From Desulfuromonadaceae bacterium (GTDB lineage Bacteria > Desulfobacterota > Desulfuromonadia > Desulfuromonadales > JAAYDE01), in assembly GCA_012512925.1 (NCBI GenBank), contig JAAZDE010000151.1, positions 1-54,777 on the forward strand: 54,777 nucleotides of DNA. The letters are read 5' to 3'. Below, piece by piece: positions 1 to 10,170 of this stretch; the stretch's first letter is position 1, and every line of letters starts with the position of its first letter. The translations under genes were made by a program, and so were the position numbers. Below the pieces are notes generated by a model. The model worked only from the letters and a program-made list of their open reading frames with translations. It was not told the DNA's origin and did no database searches.

Positions 1-10
1 ATACTGTAAC

Positions 11-160
11 ATGAAAAGAACCTATCAACCGAGTCGGATAAAAAGAAAAAGAACTCATGGATTTCGGAAAAGGATGTCGACCGCTAACGGACGAAATGTC
101 ATCAAGCGGCGCCGGCAGAAAGGCAGAAAAGTTCTGGCACCAACAATTCCGCAGAAGTGA
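11..160 (+). CDS. rpmH: 50S ribosomal protein L34
   Basis: Not in the ORF track. Manual translation [49 protein letters not shown] carries the L34 signature. The stop overlaps the rnpA GTG (GTGA). Confidence 0.98.
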   Translation: MKRTYQPSRIKRKRTHGFRKRMSTANGRNVIKRRRQKGRKVLAPTIPQK

Positions 161-540
161 TTTGTGAAAAGCCCGTTCTGAAGGACTTCCTTTGTTCACA
201 GAGGTTTCCTAAAACCCATCGTCTTCTTAAACGCTTTGAGTTTCTCGAGGTTAAAAGAAGCGGTAAGAAGGTTCGGGGCCGGTACTTAACATTAGGTCTG
301 GCAAAAAGGGAAGATGGCCTTAGGAGGTTGGGGTTGGTTGTCAACCGCAAGGTAGGAAATGCGGTTGTTCGCAACCGGTTGAAACGATTGGCCAGGGAAT
401 TTTTTCGAAAGCATTATGGTCAATTGCCCCCGTGTATGGACATGGTCCTTGTTTTCCGAAAAGGGGCCGGTGAACTCCTTGATTCGTCCTTTTTTCACAA
501 AGAAATCAGTAGTATGTTAGCGGATTTTAAGTGGGTTTAA
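157..540 (+). CDS. rnpA: ribonuclease P protein component
   Basis: RNR motif '[28 protein letters not shown]'; canonical position after rpmH. Confidence 0.96.
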   Translation: MICEKPVLKDFLCSQRFPKTHRLLKRFEFLEVKRSGKKVRGRYLTLGLAKREDGLRRLGLVVNRKVGNAVVRNRLKRLAREFFRKHYGQLPPCMDMVLVFRKGAGELLDSSFFHKEISSMLADFKWV

Positions 541-544
541 TCCC

Positions 545-763
545 GTGAACTTGCCTAAGAAAACAGTTGTATCCCTTATCAGGTTCTATCAAATTGTAAT
601 TTCCCCCATAAAAGGCAACACCTGCCGATTTTACCCCTCCTGTTCCGAATATGCCCGTGAGGCCATTATCAGGTTTGGAGTTCTGAAAGGGCTCTGGATG
701 GCCGTTAAAAGGATACTCCGTTGTCATCCTTTTCATCACGGGGGTTATGATCCTGTTCCCTGA
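545..763 (+). CDS. yidD: membrane protein insertion efficiency factor YidD
   Basis: [10 protein letters not shown] and [17 protein letters not shown] motifs; lies between rnpA and yidC. Confidence 0.96.
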   Translation: MNLPKKTVVSLIRFYQIVISPIKGNTCRFYPSCSEYAREAIIRFGVLKGLWMAVKRILRCHPFHHGGYDPVP

Positions 764-811
764 TAACATAGGCAAGTTTATTAATCCTTTCGGTTGGAGT
801 ACCCAATATTG

Positions 812-2449
812 ATGGAAAACAAGAATACGCTAATAGCCTTTGGGCTGATTCTGGTCATCTATGCAGCCTATATTCTGATTTTTCCTCCTCCATCCAATGA
901 TTCCAAGGTCGTGGAGGAAAAACAGCCCGAGGTGGTTTCTCCGGTTTCTGCAGGAGAAAGTTCTGTTAAGACCAAAAGTGAGGAAAAAATTTCCCTTCTT
1001 CCTGCGAAAACCCTCCCACCTCGAATAGATAAAGAAAGTAACAATAATAAGGAAAGAAAAATATTTCTGGAAAATGAACTTTTTCGAGCGGTTCTGACCA
1101 ATGCTGGCGCCAGAATTGAAAAATTTGAATTGAAAAAGTTCAAATCCGAAGCTGGCCCGGATTCAGGAAATATTTTTCTGGTCAATGCGGAGCTTCCCCA
1201 CCTAGGCACTTTATCTTCCTCGGGAACAGGTGAGTTGGCTTTTTCCGGTGACCGGTTTTACCAGATTGCCGGAGGAGAGGATAATTATTCCGTTTCAGGG
1301 TCCAATGAGGCGACGGTTGTATTTCAATCGGTTGAAAATCAATTACTTATCGAGAAAATTTATCGGTTCAGGGGAAATGATTATTCTTTTCAAATGGATT
1401 TGCGGGTAACAAATCAAGGAGAGAATGTCCTTAGTGGCTCTCTTGAAACTATTATGCTGCAACCTTTTGATGAATCGATGAAAGGGAACCGGTTTACCTT
1501 TGTAGGAACGGCCACCCTGTTTGATGACAAATTAAAAACCGACAGTATCGAAGATCTTGAGAAAAAACCGGCCACCTATTCTGGTTCTGTTGGATGGACT
1601 GGTTTCGAGGATAAATATTTTTTGAAGGCGTTGGTTCCTTTGGGCGGGAGGAAAACTGAAATCCTTCTCCAAATGGAAAACAGCAATGTTGTCAATCGAG
1701 TCAAGGAACCTCAAGTCCAACAGCTCCGACCAGGCGAGACTTTACAACATGAATATCTGGTCTATTTCGGTCCAAGGGATCTGGATATTCTGAAGAATGT
1801 TGGTCACCGTCTCGAAGCTGTGGTGGATTTCGGCTATTTTGATATCATCGCCCGGCCGCTTCTCAGTGTTCTTAAGTTTTTTTATGGGTTTGTCGGGAAT
1901 TACGGCTGGGCCATTATTCTGCTGACAGTGGTTATCAAGATTCTTTTCTGGCCTCTTACCGACAAGAGTTATGGATCAATGAAGGCCATGCAAAAGATCC
2001 AGCCCGAAATGCAGAAACTGCGACAAAAGTACAAAGATGACAAACAGCGACTTAATGTTGAAATTATGCAACTTTATCGGACTCACAAGGTGAATCCTTT
2101 GGGGGGGTGTCTCCCCATGATAATTCAGATTCCCGTTTTTTTTGCTCTTTACAAAGTTCTTATGGATGATATCGCCTTAAGACATGCTCCCTTTATGTTC
2201 TGGATCCAGGATCTATCTGCCAAGGACCCTTATTACATCACTCCCATCATCATGGGGGTCACTATGTTTATTCAACAGAAACTCACGCCCAGCACCATGG
2301 ACTCCACCCAGGCCAAAATTCTTCTATACATGCCATTGGTGTTTACCTTTATGTTTTTGAATTTTCCTTCCGGATTGGTTATTTACTGGCTGGTTAATAA
2401 CCTTCTCACCATCCTTCAGCAGTATCTGATCAACAGAAAGCCTGCGTGA
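812..2449 (+). CDS. yidC: membrane protein insertase YidC
   Basis: N-terminal TM, large periplasmic domain, 'GNYGWAIILLT', 'NPLGGCLPMIIQIPVFFALY', 'FPSGLVIYW'. ATG812 preferred over TTG794. Confidence 0.96.
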   Translation: MENKNTLIAFGLILVIYAAYILIFPPPSNDSKVVEEKQPEVVSPVSAGESSVKTKSEEKISLLPAKTLPPRIDKESNNNKERKIFLENELFRAVLTNAGARIEKFELKKFKSEAGPDSGNIFLVNAELPHLGTLSSSGTGELAFSGDRFYQIAGGEDNYSVSGSNEATVVFQSVENQLLIEKIYRFRGNDYSFQMDLRVTNQGENVLSGSLETIMLQPFDESMKGNRFTFVGTATLFDDKLKTDSIEDLEKKPATYSGSVGWTGFEDKYFLKALVPLGGRKTEILLQMENSNVVNRVKEPQVQQLRPGETLQHEYLVYFGPRDLDILKNVGHRLEAVVDFGYFDIIARPLLSVLKFFYGFVGNYGWAIILLTVVIKILFWPLTDKSYGSMKAMQKIQPEMQKLRQKYKDDKQRLNVEIMQLYRTHKVNPLGGCLPMIIQIPVFFALYKVLMDDIALRHAPFMFWIQDLSAKDPYYITPIIMGVTMFIQQKLTPSTMDSTQAKILLYMPLVFTFMFLNFPSGLVIYWLVNNLLTILQQYLINRKPA

Positions 2450-2556
2450 TTTTTTTAAGGGCGTACAACCCCGAACAAAGAGCAACGTGTCTCCCGCTGA
2501 GAATAAAAAATTTTTCAGGAATTTTGGGTTTTGGGCTGTAAGGAGATAGCCGGGAT

Positions 2557-3927
2557 TTGGTCACAGATGATACCATAGCAGCTCCCGCCACCCCTTTGGG
2601 AGAAGGAGGTATCGGCATTGTCCGTATTTCCGGGCCCGCTTCTGAAACCCTTTTAAAGAAACGATTCCTCCCCTCCCGTCCCATCGACAGATTTCATTCT
2701 CATCGTCTTTATCATGGAACGATCCTTTCTTCCGACGGCAAACCCCTGGATGAGGTGCTGGCTGTTGTAATGCGGAAACCCCGTTCCTATACCTGCGAAG
2801 ATGTTGTTGAAGTCCAATGTCATGGGGGCCCTTTCGTTGTTCGCAAGATATTGGAAAGTTTTATCGTTGCCGGAGCTCGCCTGGCTGCTCCCGGTGAATT
2901 TACACTTAGGGCCTTTCTCAATGGGCGGATAGATCTGACCCGAGCTGAAGCGGTGATTGATCTGATTCGGTCCCGTTCCCAAAAAGCCGTCACCGTTGCG
3001 TTGCAGCAGTTGGAGGGGCGACTGGGAAACCATTTGGCCGAAATTCGCCAGGAAATTATTGAACTTCTTGTAATTATAGAGGCTTATGTCGACTTTCCGG
3101 AAGAAGACATGGCTACTCTTCATATGGATCAACTTGAAAAACAGTCCCTTGGCGTATTGCAGAAAATTGACAAATTATTGGATTCTTTTAATTTTGGCAG
3201 GGTTGCCAGGGAGGGGCTTGGCATCCTCCTTGTTGGTCGTCCCAATGTTGGAAAAAGTTCCTTGTTGAATTATTTGCTGGGGGAAGACCGGGCGATCGTG
3301 ACTTCAATTCCCGGCACTACGCGGGATACCATCGAGGAGCTTTGGGCTCTGGATGGTTTTTCTCTCAGGTTAATCGACACCGCCGGGATTCACGACAGCA
3401 ATGACCCTGTGGAAGCGGAGGGAATGAGGAGGACTCTGGAAAAGATTCGCTCCGCCGATCTGATTCTATTGGTTGTTGACGGAAGCAGGGACCTTGATGC
3501 CTTTGATGAAAAATCCCTTGACGCCTGTGATGTTTCGAAGACTGTTCTGGTTGTCAACAAATCCGACCTTGGCCAAAGGGAAGTAAAGGCTCCTTTTTCA
3601 ACTCTTCCCAGGGTCAGGGTCTCCGCCTTGAGTGGCGATGGGATGGAAGATCTTAAAAAGATGATATTACACCAGGTAACCCGGAACTGTTCAGGGGGGG
3701 ACATGGGTGAGTCGGCCATTCTTTCTTCCCGGAGGCACTGGGAATCCCTGAATCGTTGTCGCGGAAACCTGACCAGTTTCGTGGATTCTTTGGGAGCAGC
3801 CGTACCTTATGAATGTCTTGCCGTCGATCTTCGGGAAGCTGTTCAATCTATTGGTGAGGTCACCGGCGAAACCCTTCCCGAAGAAGTCCTGAATCGCATA
3901 TTCAGCCGATTTTGCATAGGAAAATAG
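2557..3927 (+). CDS. mnmE: tRNA uridine-5-carboxymethylaminomethyl(34) synthesis GTPase MnmE
   Basis: DTIAAPATP..GGIGIVRISG, G1 GRPNVGKSS, GTTRD, DTAG, NKSD, C-terminal FCIGK. Confidence 0.97.
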   Translation: MVTDDTIAAPATPLGEGGIGIVRISGPASETLLKKRFLPSRPIDRFHSHRLYHGTILSSDGKPLDEVLAVVMRKPRSYTCEDVVEVQCHGGPFVVRKILESFIVAGARLAAPGEFTLRAFLNGRIDLTRAEAVIDLIRSRSQKAVTVALQQLEGRLGNHLAEIRQEIIELLVIIEAYVDFPEEDMATLHMDQLEKQSLGVLQKIDKLLDSFNFGRVAREGLGILLVGRPNVGKSSLLNYLLGEDRAIVTSIPGTTRDTIEELWALDGFSLRLIDTAGIHDSNDPVEAEGMRRTLEKIRSADLILLVVDGSRDLDAFDEKSLDACDVSKTVLVVNKSDLGQREVKAPFSTLPRVRVSALSGDGMEDLKKMILHQVTRNCSGGDMGESAILSSRRHWESLNRCRGNLTSFVDSLGAAVPYECLAVDLREAVQSIGEVTGETLPEEVLNRIFSRFCIGK

Positions 3928-3930
3928 AAT

Positions 3931-3946
3931 TGTTTCACGTGAAACC
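3931..3946. promoter_or_regulatory. parS centromere-like ParB binding site
   Basis: TGTTTCACGTGAAACC matches 15/16 positions of the parS palindrome TGTTTCACGTGAAACA. It is intergenic, origin-proximal and about 3 kb from parAB. Confidence 0.9.
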
Positions 3947-3990
3947 CATGTTGAAACTCGTTCCCCCTCAAAAGACTCTTCCTAACCGCC

Positions 3991-5865
3991 ATGGCAAAAA
4001 ATATATCCAAAACCTACCCTAAAAACTATGATGTGATTGTGGTCGGAGCGGGACACGCGGGGTGTGAGGCGGCGTTGGCGGCGGCCCGTCTTGGTTGCCC
4101 TACCCTTCTCCTGACTATGCACATTGATACCGTTGCCCAAATGTCGTGCAATCCGGCTATCGGGGGTCTGGCCAAAGGGCAGTTGGTCAAGGAAATTGAC
4201 GCTCTGGGTGGGGAGATGGCCCTCAATATCGATGCGGCGGGGATACAGTTCCGGATTCTGAATACCAAAAAAGGCGCGGCGGTCAGATCCTCCCGCGCCC
4301 AGGCTGATCGGCGGCTTTACCATCAGCGCATGCGCCGGGTTCTGGAAGACCAGGAAAACCTGGATTTGAAACAGGGCCATGTCATTCGCCTCGGAATCGA
4401 AGCTGACCGGGTATGCGGGGTGGAGATCGCCGAGGGGGTTTTTTTTGCAGCCAGGAAGGTGGTTGTGACAACAGGAACCTTTATGCGGGGCCTGATACAT
4501 ATCGGTTTGAATCATTTTCCCGGCGGCCGGGCGGGGGAGCCGCCTTCCGTCGGTTTGTCGGAGCAGTTGACATCCCTGGGAATGACGGTAGGCCGTTTAA
4601 AAACAGGGACCCCTCCCCGTCTTGACAGCAGATCCATTGATTTCTCCCGCTTGGAGCCACAGTACGGGGACCCTTTGCCAAGGCCATTTTCCTTCCTCCA
4701 CCAGAAGTTGGTGGTCGACCAGGTGCCCTGTTTCATTACCTACACCAACAACAAGACCCACGAAGTCATTGTCTCGAATCTGGACCGCTCTCCTCTTTAC
4801 AGCGGGGTGATAGAAGGTGTCGGTCCACGCTATTGCCCTTCCCTCGAAGACAAAGTGGTCCGTTTCCCCGAAAAAGAACATCATCAGATTTTTCTGGAAC
4901 CGGAGGGCAGGGAGAGTCGAGAGATCTATCCCAATGGGATTCCCACCTCCCTTCCGACCGATGTCCAAGTGTCTTTTTTGAGAACGATTCCGGGGCTTGA
5001 AAAGGCTGAAATCGTTCGCTTCGGATATGCCATAGAGTATGATTACGCCGATCCGATTCAATTGAAACCCACTTTGGAAACCCAGGCAGTATCGGGCTTG
5101 TACCACGCCGGTCAAATCAACGGCACCTCGGGTTATGAAGAAGCCGCCGCCCAGGGATTGGTAGCGGCAATCAACGCGGTCCTGGCAATCAGGGAAAGAG
5201 ACCCATTGATCATCACCCGGGACCAGGCCTATATCGGGGTGCTGATAGATGATTTGGTCAGTCTGGGAACCAATGAACCATACCGGATGTTTACCTCGCG
5301 GGCGGAATATCGGCTTCTTTTAAGAGAGGATAACGCCGATCACCGATTGACGGAAAGGGGTCGGGACATCGGCCTGGTCAGTGATGAGCGTTATGCGGTT
5401 TTTCAGGGAAAAATGGCCGGCTTGGCAAGGGGGGAAAACTTGATGAAAACAATCCGCCTCGGTCCCGGAGACAAAGTGGCGGCGGAATCCCTCGGACTGG
5501 GCCAAATAACCAACGGTTATTCCCTGGAGGAACTGCTGCGGCGGCCGGATGTCACCATGGAGAAGTTGCTTTTCCTGAATCAGGAACTGGCCACACTGCC
5601 TGAAGACATACGCGAACAATTGGAAATCAAAATCAAATATGAAGGGTACATCCAGCGGCAGTACCAGCAGGTGGAACGTTTCAGAAAATCGGAAAATGTA
5701 CCCATTCCCGAGGACATGAATTACGACGGCATCCTGGGCCTAACCGCTGAGGTCCGGGAAAAACTCAAACGGGTGCGGCCGGTGACCTTGGGCCAGGCTT
5801 CGCGAATCCGGGGCATGACACCGGCGGCGGTGGCCATTCTCTCCATTGTCCTGCGCAGGGGTTGA
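3991..5865 (+). CDS. mnmG: tRNA uridine-5-carboxymethylaminomethyl(34) synthesis enzyme MnmG (GidA)
   Basis: [56 protein letters not shown]. Confidence 0.98.
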   Translation: MAKNISKTYPKNYDVIVVGAGHAGCEAALAAARLGCPTLLLTMHIDTVAQMSCNPAIGGLAKGQLVKEIDALGGEMALNIDAAGIQFRILNTKKGAAVRSSRAQADRRLYHQRMRRVLEDQENLDLKQGHVIRLGIEADRVCGVEIAEGVFFAARKVVVTTGTFMRGLIHIGLNHFPGGRAGEPPSVGLSEQLTSLGMTVGRLKTGTPPRLDSRSIDFSRLEPQYGDPLPRPFSFLHQKLVVDQVPCFITYTNNKTHEVIVSNLDRSPLYSGVIEGVGPRYCPSLEDKVVRFPEKEHHQIFLEPEGRESREIYPNGIPTSLPTDVQVSFLRTIPGLEKAEIVRFGYAIEYDYADPIQLKPTLETQAVSGLYHAGQINGTSGYEEAAAQGLVAAINAVLAIRERDPLIITRDQAYIGVLIDDLVSLGTNEPYRMFTSRAEYRLLLREDNADHRLTERGRDIGLVSDERYAVFQGKMAGLARGENLMKTIRLGPGDKVAAESLGLGQITNGYSLEELLRRPDVTMEKLLFLNQELATLPEDIREQLEIKIKYEGYIQRQYQQVERFRKSENVPIPEDMNYDGILGLTAEVREKLKRVRPVTLGQASRIRGMTPAAVAILSIVLRRG

Positions 5866-5872
5866 GGTGCCT

Positions 5873-6523
5873 TTGACGAGAAAATTGCTGAAGATTCAAC
5901 TGCCATCCATCGGCATTGAACCCACCGATAATATTCTGGAACCTTTGGCAATCCTTTTAGAAGAGCTTTATCGTTGGAATTCGGCAATTAACCTTACCGC
6001 CATCAATTCACCCCAGGAAGCGGTTGAAAAACATATTATTGATTCGCTGACCCTTCTGCCGTTTTTGCCCAGGGAAATAAAACTTTTGGATGCCGGTTCT
6101 GGAGCGGGTTTTCCGGGGTTACCGTTAAAAATCTGTCGCCCGGATATAACCGTTTTTTCGGTTGAGGCATCGAAAAAAAAAGTATACTTTCAACGGGAAG
6201 TCATTCGCAGACTCAAACTTCAAAATTTTTTACCCCTCCCGGTGCGTCTGGAAAACCTGCGCTCTTCTCACCCCGAACTGCCCCTTGTCGACGTGGTGGT
6301 TTCAAGAGCCTTGGGCAGTACCACCGATTTGGCACAAACAACCTCGGGGTATCTGAAGGGTGGGGGATACCTCATTGTTATGAAAGGTGCCGCCGGGAAT
6401 CGTGAAGCGATGGATTGGCAGGAAAAAGATTCAGGCCTTTTCCTCGAGGACATTCATGAACTGAACCTTCCGGTATCGGGCGCCGCAAGAAAAATCCTGG
6501 TATTCAGAAAAAGACACTTTTAG
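5873..6523 (+). CDS. rsmG: 16S rRNA (guanine(527)-N7)-methyltransferase RsmG (GidB)
   Basis: WNSAINLTAI, HIIDSL, DAGSGAGFPG SAM motif, VSRA. TTG5873 chosen from GAGG SD; the ORF track starts at 5846. Confidence 0.93.
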   Translation: MTRKLLKIQLPSIGIEPTDNILEPLAILLEELYRWNSAINLTAINSPQEAVEKHIIDSLTLLPFLPREIKLLDAGSGAGFPGLPLKICRPDITVFSVEASKKKVYFQREVIRRLKLQNFLPLPVRLENLRSSHPELPLVDVVVSRALGSTTDLAQTTSGYLKGGGYLIVMKGAAGNREAMDWQEKDSGLFLEDIHELNLPVSGAARKILVFRKRHF

Positions 6524-6859
6524 CCTCCGCTCTCCTGTGAACTTGCCGGGGGATCAAATACCAAACATATTCACACCAGTATCGCTCCATTGGGGAATCC
6601 GGTGCCACGTATGACTGGCTTGGCAACCGCAATATCCCTAAAGATCCTGAAAAAAAAGGTTTGGAATCTCTGGCCGTTTGGGGGATTTTTAAAAGCGAGG
6701 CTAAAACAAGTGAGGATGTGCAAGTATTTGACAGGATCACGTAACGCACCCTGTGGGTCTAAATCGCTTTAATAGGCATTCTGCCAGGATATGCAACAGG
6801 TCAAATGGGGAATATGCCATGATTAAAGGTTCTCTAAAAAAGAGCAAAGGCTGGAGAGC

Positions 6860-7624
6860 ATGAATCGGATTTTCGCCATAGCCAACCAAAAGGGGGGGGT
6901 GGGGAAGACGACCACGGCCGTGAACCTGGCCGCTTCGCTGGCCGTTGCCGAAAAGAGGACCCTCCTGTTGGATCTGGACCCGCAGGCAAATGCGGGGAGT
7001 GGCTTTGGGTTGGAAAAAAAGTCAATAAAAACAAGTATATATAATTTATTGGAAGGCTCGGTGGCGGTCTCCGAGGTTATCGTCAAAACCCAATTGCAAT
7101 ACCTGGATATCCTTCCCTCCAACGATGATTTGATCGGGGCTGAAATCGAGTTGGTGGAGGTGAAAAATCGTGAACGGGTCCTGAAAAACGTCCTTTTCGG
7201 CATTTGCGAGAATTACGACTACATATTGATCGATTGTCCTCCCTCTTTGGGCCTTCTAACCGTGAATGCCCTCTCTGCAGCAAAAGCGGTTTTGATTCCG
7301 GTCCAGTGTGAATATTATGCCATGGAGGGATTGAGCAGTCTGGTCAGAACCATCGAGTTGATTCAAAACAGATACAATCCCTGCCTGACGATCGGCGGCA
7401 TCGTTCTGACCATGTATGACGGAAGGAACAATCTTTCCAAGCAGGTCAGCGACGAGTTGCACCGGTACTTTCCCAAAAAGGTGTTTGAAGCCATTATCCC
7501 ACGAAATGTTCGGCTTTCCGAAGCTCCCAGCCATGGTCTGCCGGCACTCCTCTATGATGTTTCCTCCAAAGGTGCCAGGGCTTACCTGGAGCTGGCCCAA
7601 GAGATAATCGACAAGGGGTTGTGA
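6860..7624 (+). CDS. parA: chromosome partitioning ATPase ParA/Soj
   Basis: Deviant Walker A NQKGGVGKTTT, DLDPQAN, IDCPPSLG, PRNVRLSEAPSHG. Confidence 0.97.
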   Translation: MNRIFAIANQKGGVGKTTTAVNLAASLAVAEKRTLLLDLDPQANAGSGFGLEKKSIKTSIYNLLEGSVAVSEVIVKTQLQYLDILPSNDDLIGAEIELVEVKNRERVLKNVLFGICENYDYILIDCPPSLGLLTVNALSAAKAVLIPVQCEYYAMEGLSSLVRTIELIQNRYNPCLTIGGIVLTMYDGRNNLSKQVSDELHRYFPKKVFEAIIPRNVRLSEAPSHGLPALLYDVSSKGARAYLELAQEIIDKGL

Positions 7625-7626
7625 TC

Positions 7627-8475
7627 ATGGTTAAAAAAATCGGTCTTGGCAGGGGTATGGGGGCGCTTCTCGAAACGATGGAGAATCATGAAGGCAGCAA
7701 GTATTATCTGTGCCCCATCGAAGAGATTCGCCCGAACAGCAACCAGCCCAGAAAGCATTTTGATCAACAGAAACTGGACGAACTGGTGGCTTCTATCCAG
7801 GAAAAAGGCATCATTCAGCCTCTCCTGGTAAGAAAAATGGAAGGTTTTTTTGAAATCGTGGCCGGGGAAAGGCGCTGGCGAGCGGCCCAGAAAGCGGGGC
7901 TTCTCGAGATCCCGGTCATTATCGAATCCATCGGGGAGGAAGCCTCTCTGGAGATAGCGCTGATCGAAAACCTTCAGCGGGAAGACCTCAACCCCATTGA
8001 AGAGGGAGACGCTTATCGTTTTCTGATAGAGAAATATGGGTTTTCCCAGGATGAGGTGGCGAGAAGGGTCGGCAAGGAGCGAAGCACCGTCGCCAATGCC
8101 CTGCGTTTGCTGAAGTTGCCGGAGGATGTGCGCAAAGATGTGGTATTGTCCCGTTTGTCCATGGGGCAGGCGCGCGCCCTGCTTTCACTTGATTCGGAGG
8201 AGGACATCCGCGAAGCGAGAGACACCGTTGTAAGCAAAGAACTCTCGGTGCGGGAAACGGAGAGCCTGGTCAAAAGAATCAAGAAAAAAAGTTCTTTTGG
8301 GACAAGAAGGCAGGTACCGGGCCCGCCCGCGGAAATCGAGGAGTTGTCCGGTCGTCTCAAGCAGGTACTGGGAACCAAGGTCCGAATTCAGCCCAGGGGC
8401 AGAGGGGGGAAAATAGAAATATCCTATTTTTCCGCTCAGGAATTGAATCGTCTTCTGATATTGCTGGGTATTTGA
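7627..8475 (+). CDS. parB: chromosome partitioning protein ParB/Spo0J
   Basis: GLGRG ParA-interacting peptide, QPRKHF, AGERRWRAA arginine patch, IENLQREDL, HTH. Confidence 0.97.
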   Translation: MVKKIGLGRGMGALLETMENHEGSKYYLCPIEEIRPNSNQPRKHFDQQKLDELVASIQEKGIIQPLLVRKMEGFFEIVAGERRWRAAQKAGLLEIPVIIESIGEEASLEIALIENLQREDLNPIEEGDAYRFLIEKYGFSQDEVARRVGKERSTVANALRLLKLPEDVRKDVVLSRLSMGQARALLSLDSEEDIREARDTVVSKELSVRETESLVKRIKKKSSFGTRRQVPGPPAEIEELSGRLKQVLGTKVRIQPRGRGGKIEISYFSAQELNRLLILLGI

Positions 8476-8513
8476 AATATTTGAAGAGAGGTTGATGCCA
8501 GAGAGGGGATAAA

Positions 8514-8912
8514 ATGTTCGGACGGGGGGACAAAAAAGACATCGCCAAAGAGAAGGACAAGGGCAAGGGGGAGGTAGAGGCTTTCCTGGGGGCCGGCAGC
8601 AGTTTCGAGGGAAAGCTGGTGTTTGAGGATATCGTCCGTCTGGATGGGGATTTCAGCGGAGAAATCGTTTCCCGGGGGACCTTGATTATTGGTGCGGAGG
8701 CCAATGTCAAAGCGGAACTCAAGGTGGATACCCTGATCATGAGTGGTGCCTTCCAGGGTAACATTGAGGCGATCACCAGAGTGATATTGAGAAAACCGGC
8801 CCGGATAACGGGCAATATCGTCACCCCGATGCTGTTGGTGGAGGAGGGGGTAATCATTAACGGTAGCCTGGAAATGAGAGAGAAATCGGAGATGCGGACC
8901 GAACAGGATTGA
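8514..8912 (+). CDS. bactofilin (polymer-forming cytoskeletal protein)
   Basis: Beta-helix pattern 'FLGAGSSFEGKLVFEDIVRLDGDFSGEI..LIIG..ANVKAEL..GAFQGNI..ARITGNI..LLVEEGVIINGSLEM'. Confidence 0.9.
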   Translation: MFGRGDKKDIAKEKDKGKGEVEAFLGAGSSFEGKLVFEDIVRLDGDFSGEIVSRGTLIIGAEANVKAELKVDTLIMSGAFQGNIEAITRVILRKPARITGNIVTPMLLVEEGVIINGSLEMREKSEMRTEQD

Positions 8913-8989
8913 GGGGAAAAGGACACCGATAGCCCGTGGCTTTGTTGGAGAGATTCATGCGGCGGCAATCCGTTTCCCCCCAAAAGAAG

Positions 8990-9018
8990 TTGACATCCGG
9001 CAAGGCATATGTTAGCTA
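8990..9018 (+). promoter_or_regulatory. possible sigma70 promoter of the atp operon
   Basis: Perfect TTGACA at 8990-8995. The -10 candidate at 17 bp spacing (TGtTAGCTA) is poor. Confidence 0.35.
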
Positions 9019-9121
9019 AACGATGCCTTTTCAGCTCGATTTATAAACTTCCGGACAGATTTTAAATAGAATGGCCTCCGGAGTGTTTTCCGGCGCCATT
9101 CCCCGTTCAGAGAGGTGCTCC

Positions 9122-9547
9122 TTGCTTGAGATCAATATAACCCTCCTGATTCAATTCATAAATTTTATATTCCTCATTGTTGTCCTGAATTTTATCCTTT
9201 TCCGCCCTTTGCGGGGAGTCCTTCAGAAACGCCGTGCCGAACTGAGTGAATCCCATGCCAGAGTGGCGGTTCTGGGCAAGGATGTGCAGACCAAGCTGAG
9301 CCTCTATGAGGCCAAGTTGGATGGAGCCCGGAAAAAGGGGGCGGAAATTAAAAACGGGCTGCGGCAGGAGGGCCTCGTTGAAGAACAGAGGATGGTCGAG
9401 GAAGCCGAAATGGCCGCGCAACAGAAGAAGGAATCGATTCGGGAACAAATTATAGCCGAAACTGGCGCGGCCAAAAAACAACTCAAGGCACAGGTTGATT
9501 CGCTGGCCAGGGAAATAACGGAAAAAGTCCTGGGCAGGGCGGTTTGA
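9122..9547 (+). CDS. F0F1 ATP synthase subunit b'
   Basis: 'LLIQFINFIFLIVVLNFILFRPL' TM followed by a coiled coil; first gene of the atp cluster. TTG9122 follows a GAGG SD. Confidence 0.9.
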   Translation: MLEINITLLIQFINFIFLIVVLNFILFRPLRGVLQKRRAELSESHARVAVLGKDVQTKLSLYEAKLDGARKKGAEIKNGLRQEGLVEEQRMVEEAEMAAQQKKESIREQIIAETGAAKKQLKAQVDSLAREITEKVLGRAV

Positions 9548-9579
9548 ACAGGACGCCCGTGAAGCATGGAAAGAAAGAG

Positions 9580-10170
9580 ATGTCCATGAAGAAAAAAAAT
9601 ATCCTGACCATGATCCTTGCCGCAGCCATGATTACCTTCTTTGCCTCTCTGGCCATGGCAGCCGGCGATGGTCACGGTGCCTCCAAGGAAGTTCTGCTGA
9701 AAGATTTTATCTACCGGACCATCAATTTTGCAGTTATGGCCGGCATCATCTATTATTTTGTCGCCAAGCATTTCAGGAAGGCGATGGCCGACCGGCGTCA
9801 GAAGATTGAAGCGGAGCTGCACGAGGCGCGTACCGCTCGCGCTGAGGCGGAGGCCAAATATCAGGAGGTGACCGTTAAATTGCAAAAAGCCTCCGATGAG
9901 ATTGAAAACATTCGTCTCTCCATTCAACGGGAGGGCGAGATCGAAAAGGAAAAGATCATTGCCAATGCTCAGCAGGCGGCGGGGAAGATCCGCGCCGATG
10001 CGGAAAAAGTGGCCGCCCGGGAAATCGACAGGGCGCGAAATGAGTTGCGCCAGGAGGCCTCCCATCTGGCCATTGTTCTGGCAGGGGAGCTGATCCGCAA
10101 GAACGTCACCACCGAAGACCAGGAACGTTTTGTCAGCGAATACCTTAAGAATGTAGGAGAACTCCATTGA
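9580..10170 (+). CDS. atpF: F0F1 ATP synthase subunit b
   Basis: 'YRTINFAVMAGIIYYF' TM plus coiled coil; signal-peptide-like N-terminal extension; start is 9580 or 9586. Confidence 0.9.
   Translation: MSMKKKNILTMILAAAMITFFASLAMAAGDGHGASKEVLLKDFIYRTINFAVMAGIIYYFVAKHFRKAMADRRQKIEAELHEARTARAEAEAKYQEVTVKLQKASDEIENIRLSIQREGEIEKEKIIANAQQAAGKIRADAEKVAAREIDRARNELRQEASHLAIVLAGELIRKNVTTEDQERFVSEYLKNVGELH

Noticed and set aside
6524-6859. 336-nt rsmG-parA intergenic region as possible oriC or small ORF
   Set aside because: Only one 8/9 DnaA-box-like match (6567-6575), and the short ORFs lack SD and motifs. More likely a promoter region; dnaA/oriC is expected upstream of rpmH, outside the window.
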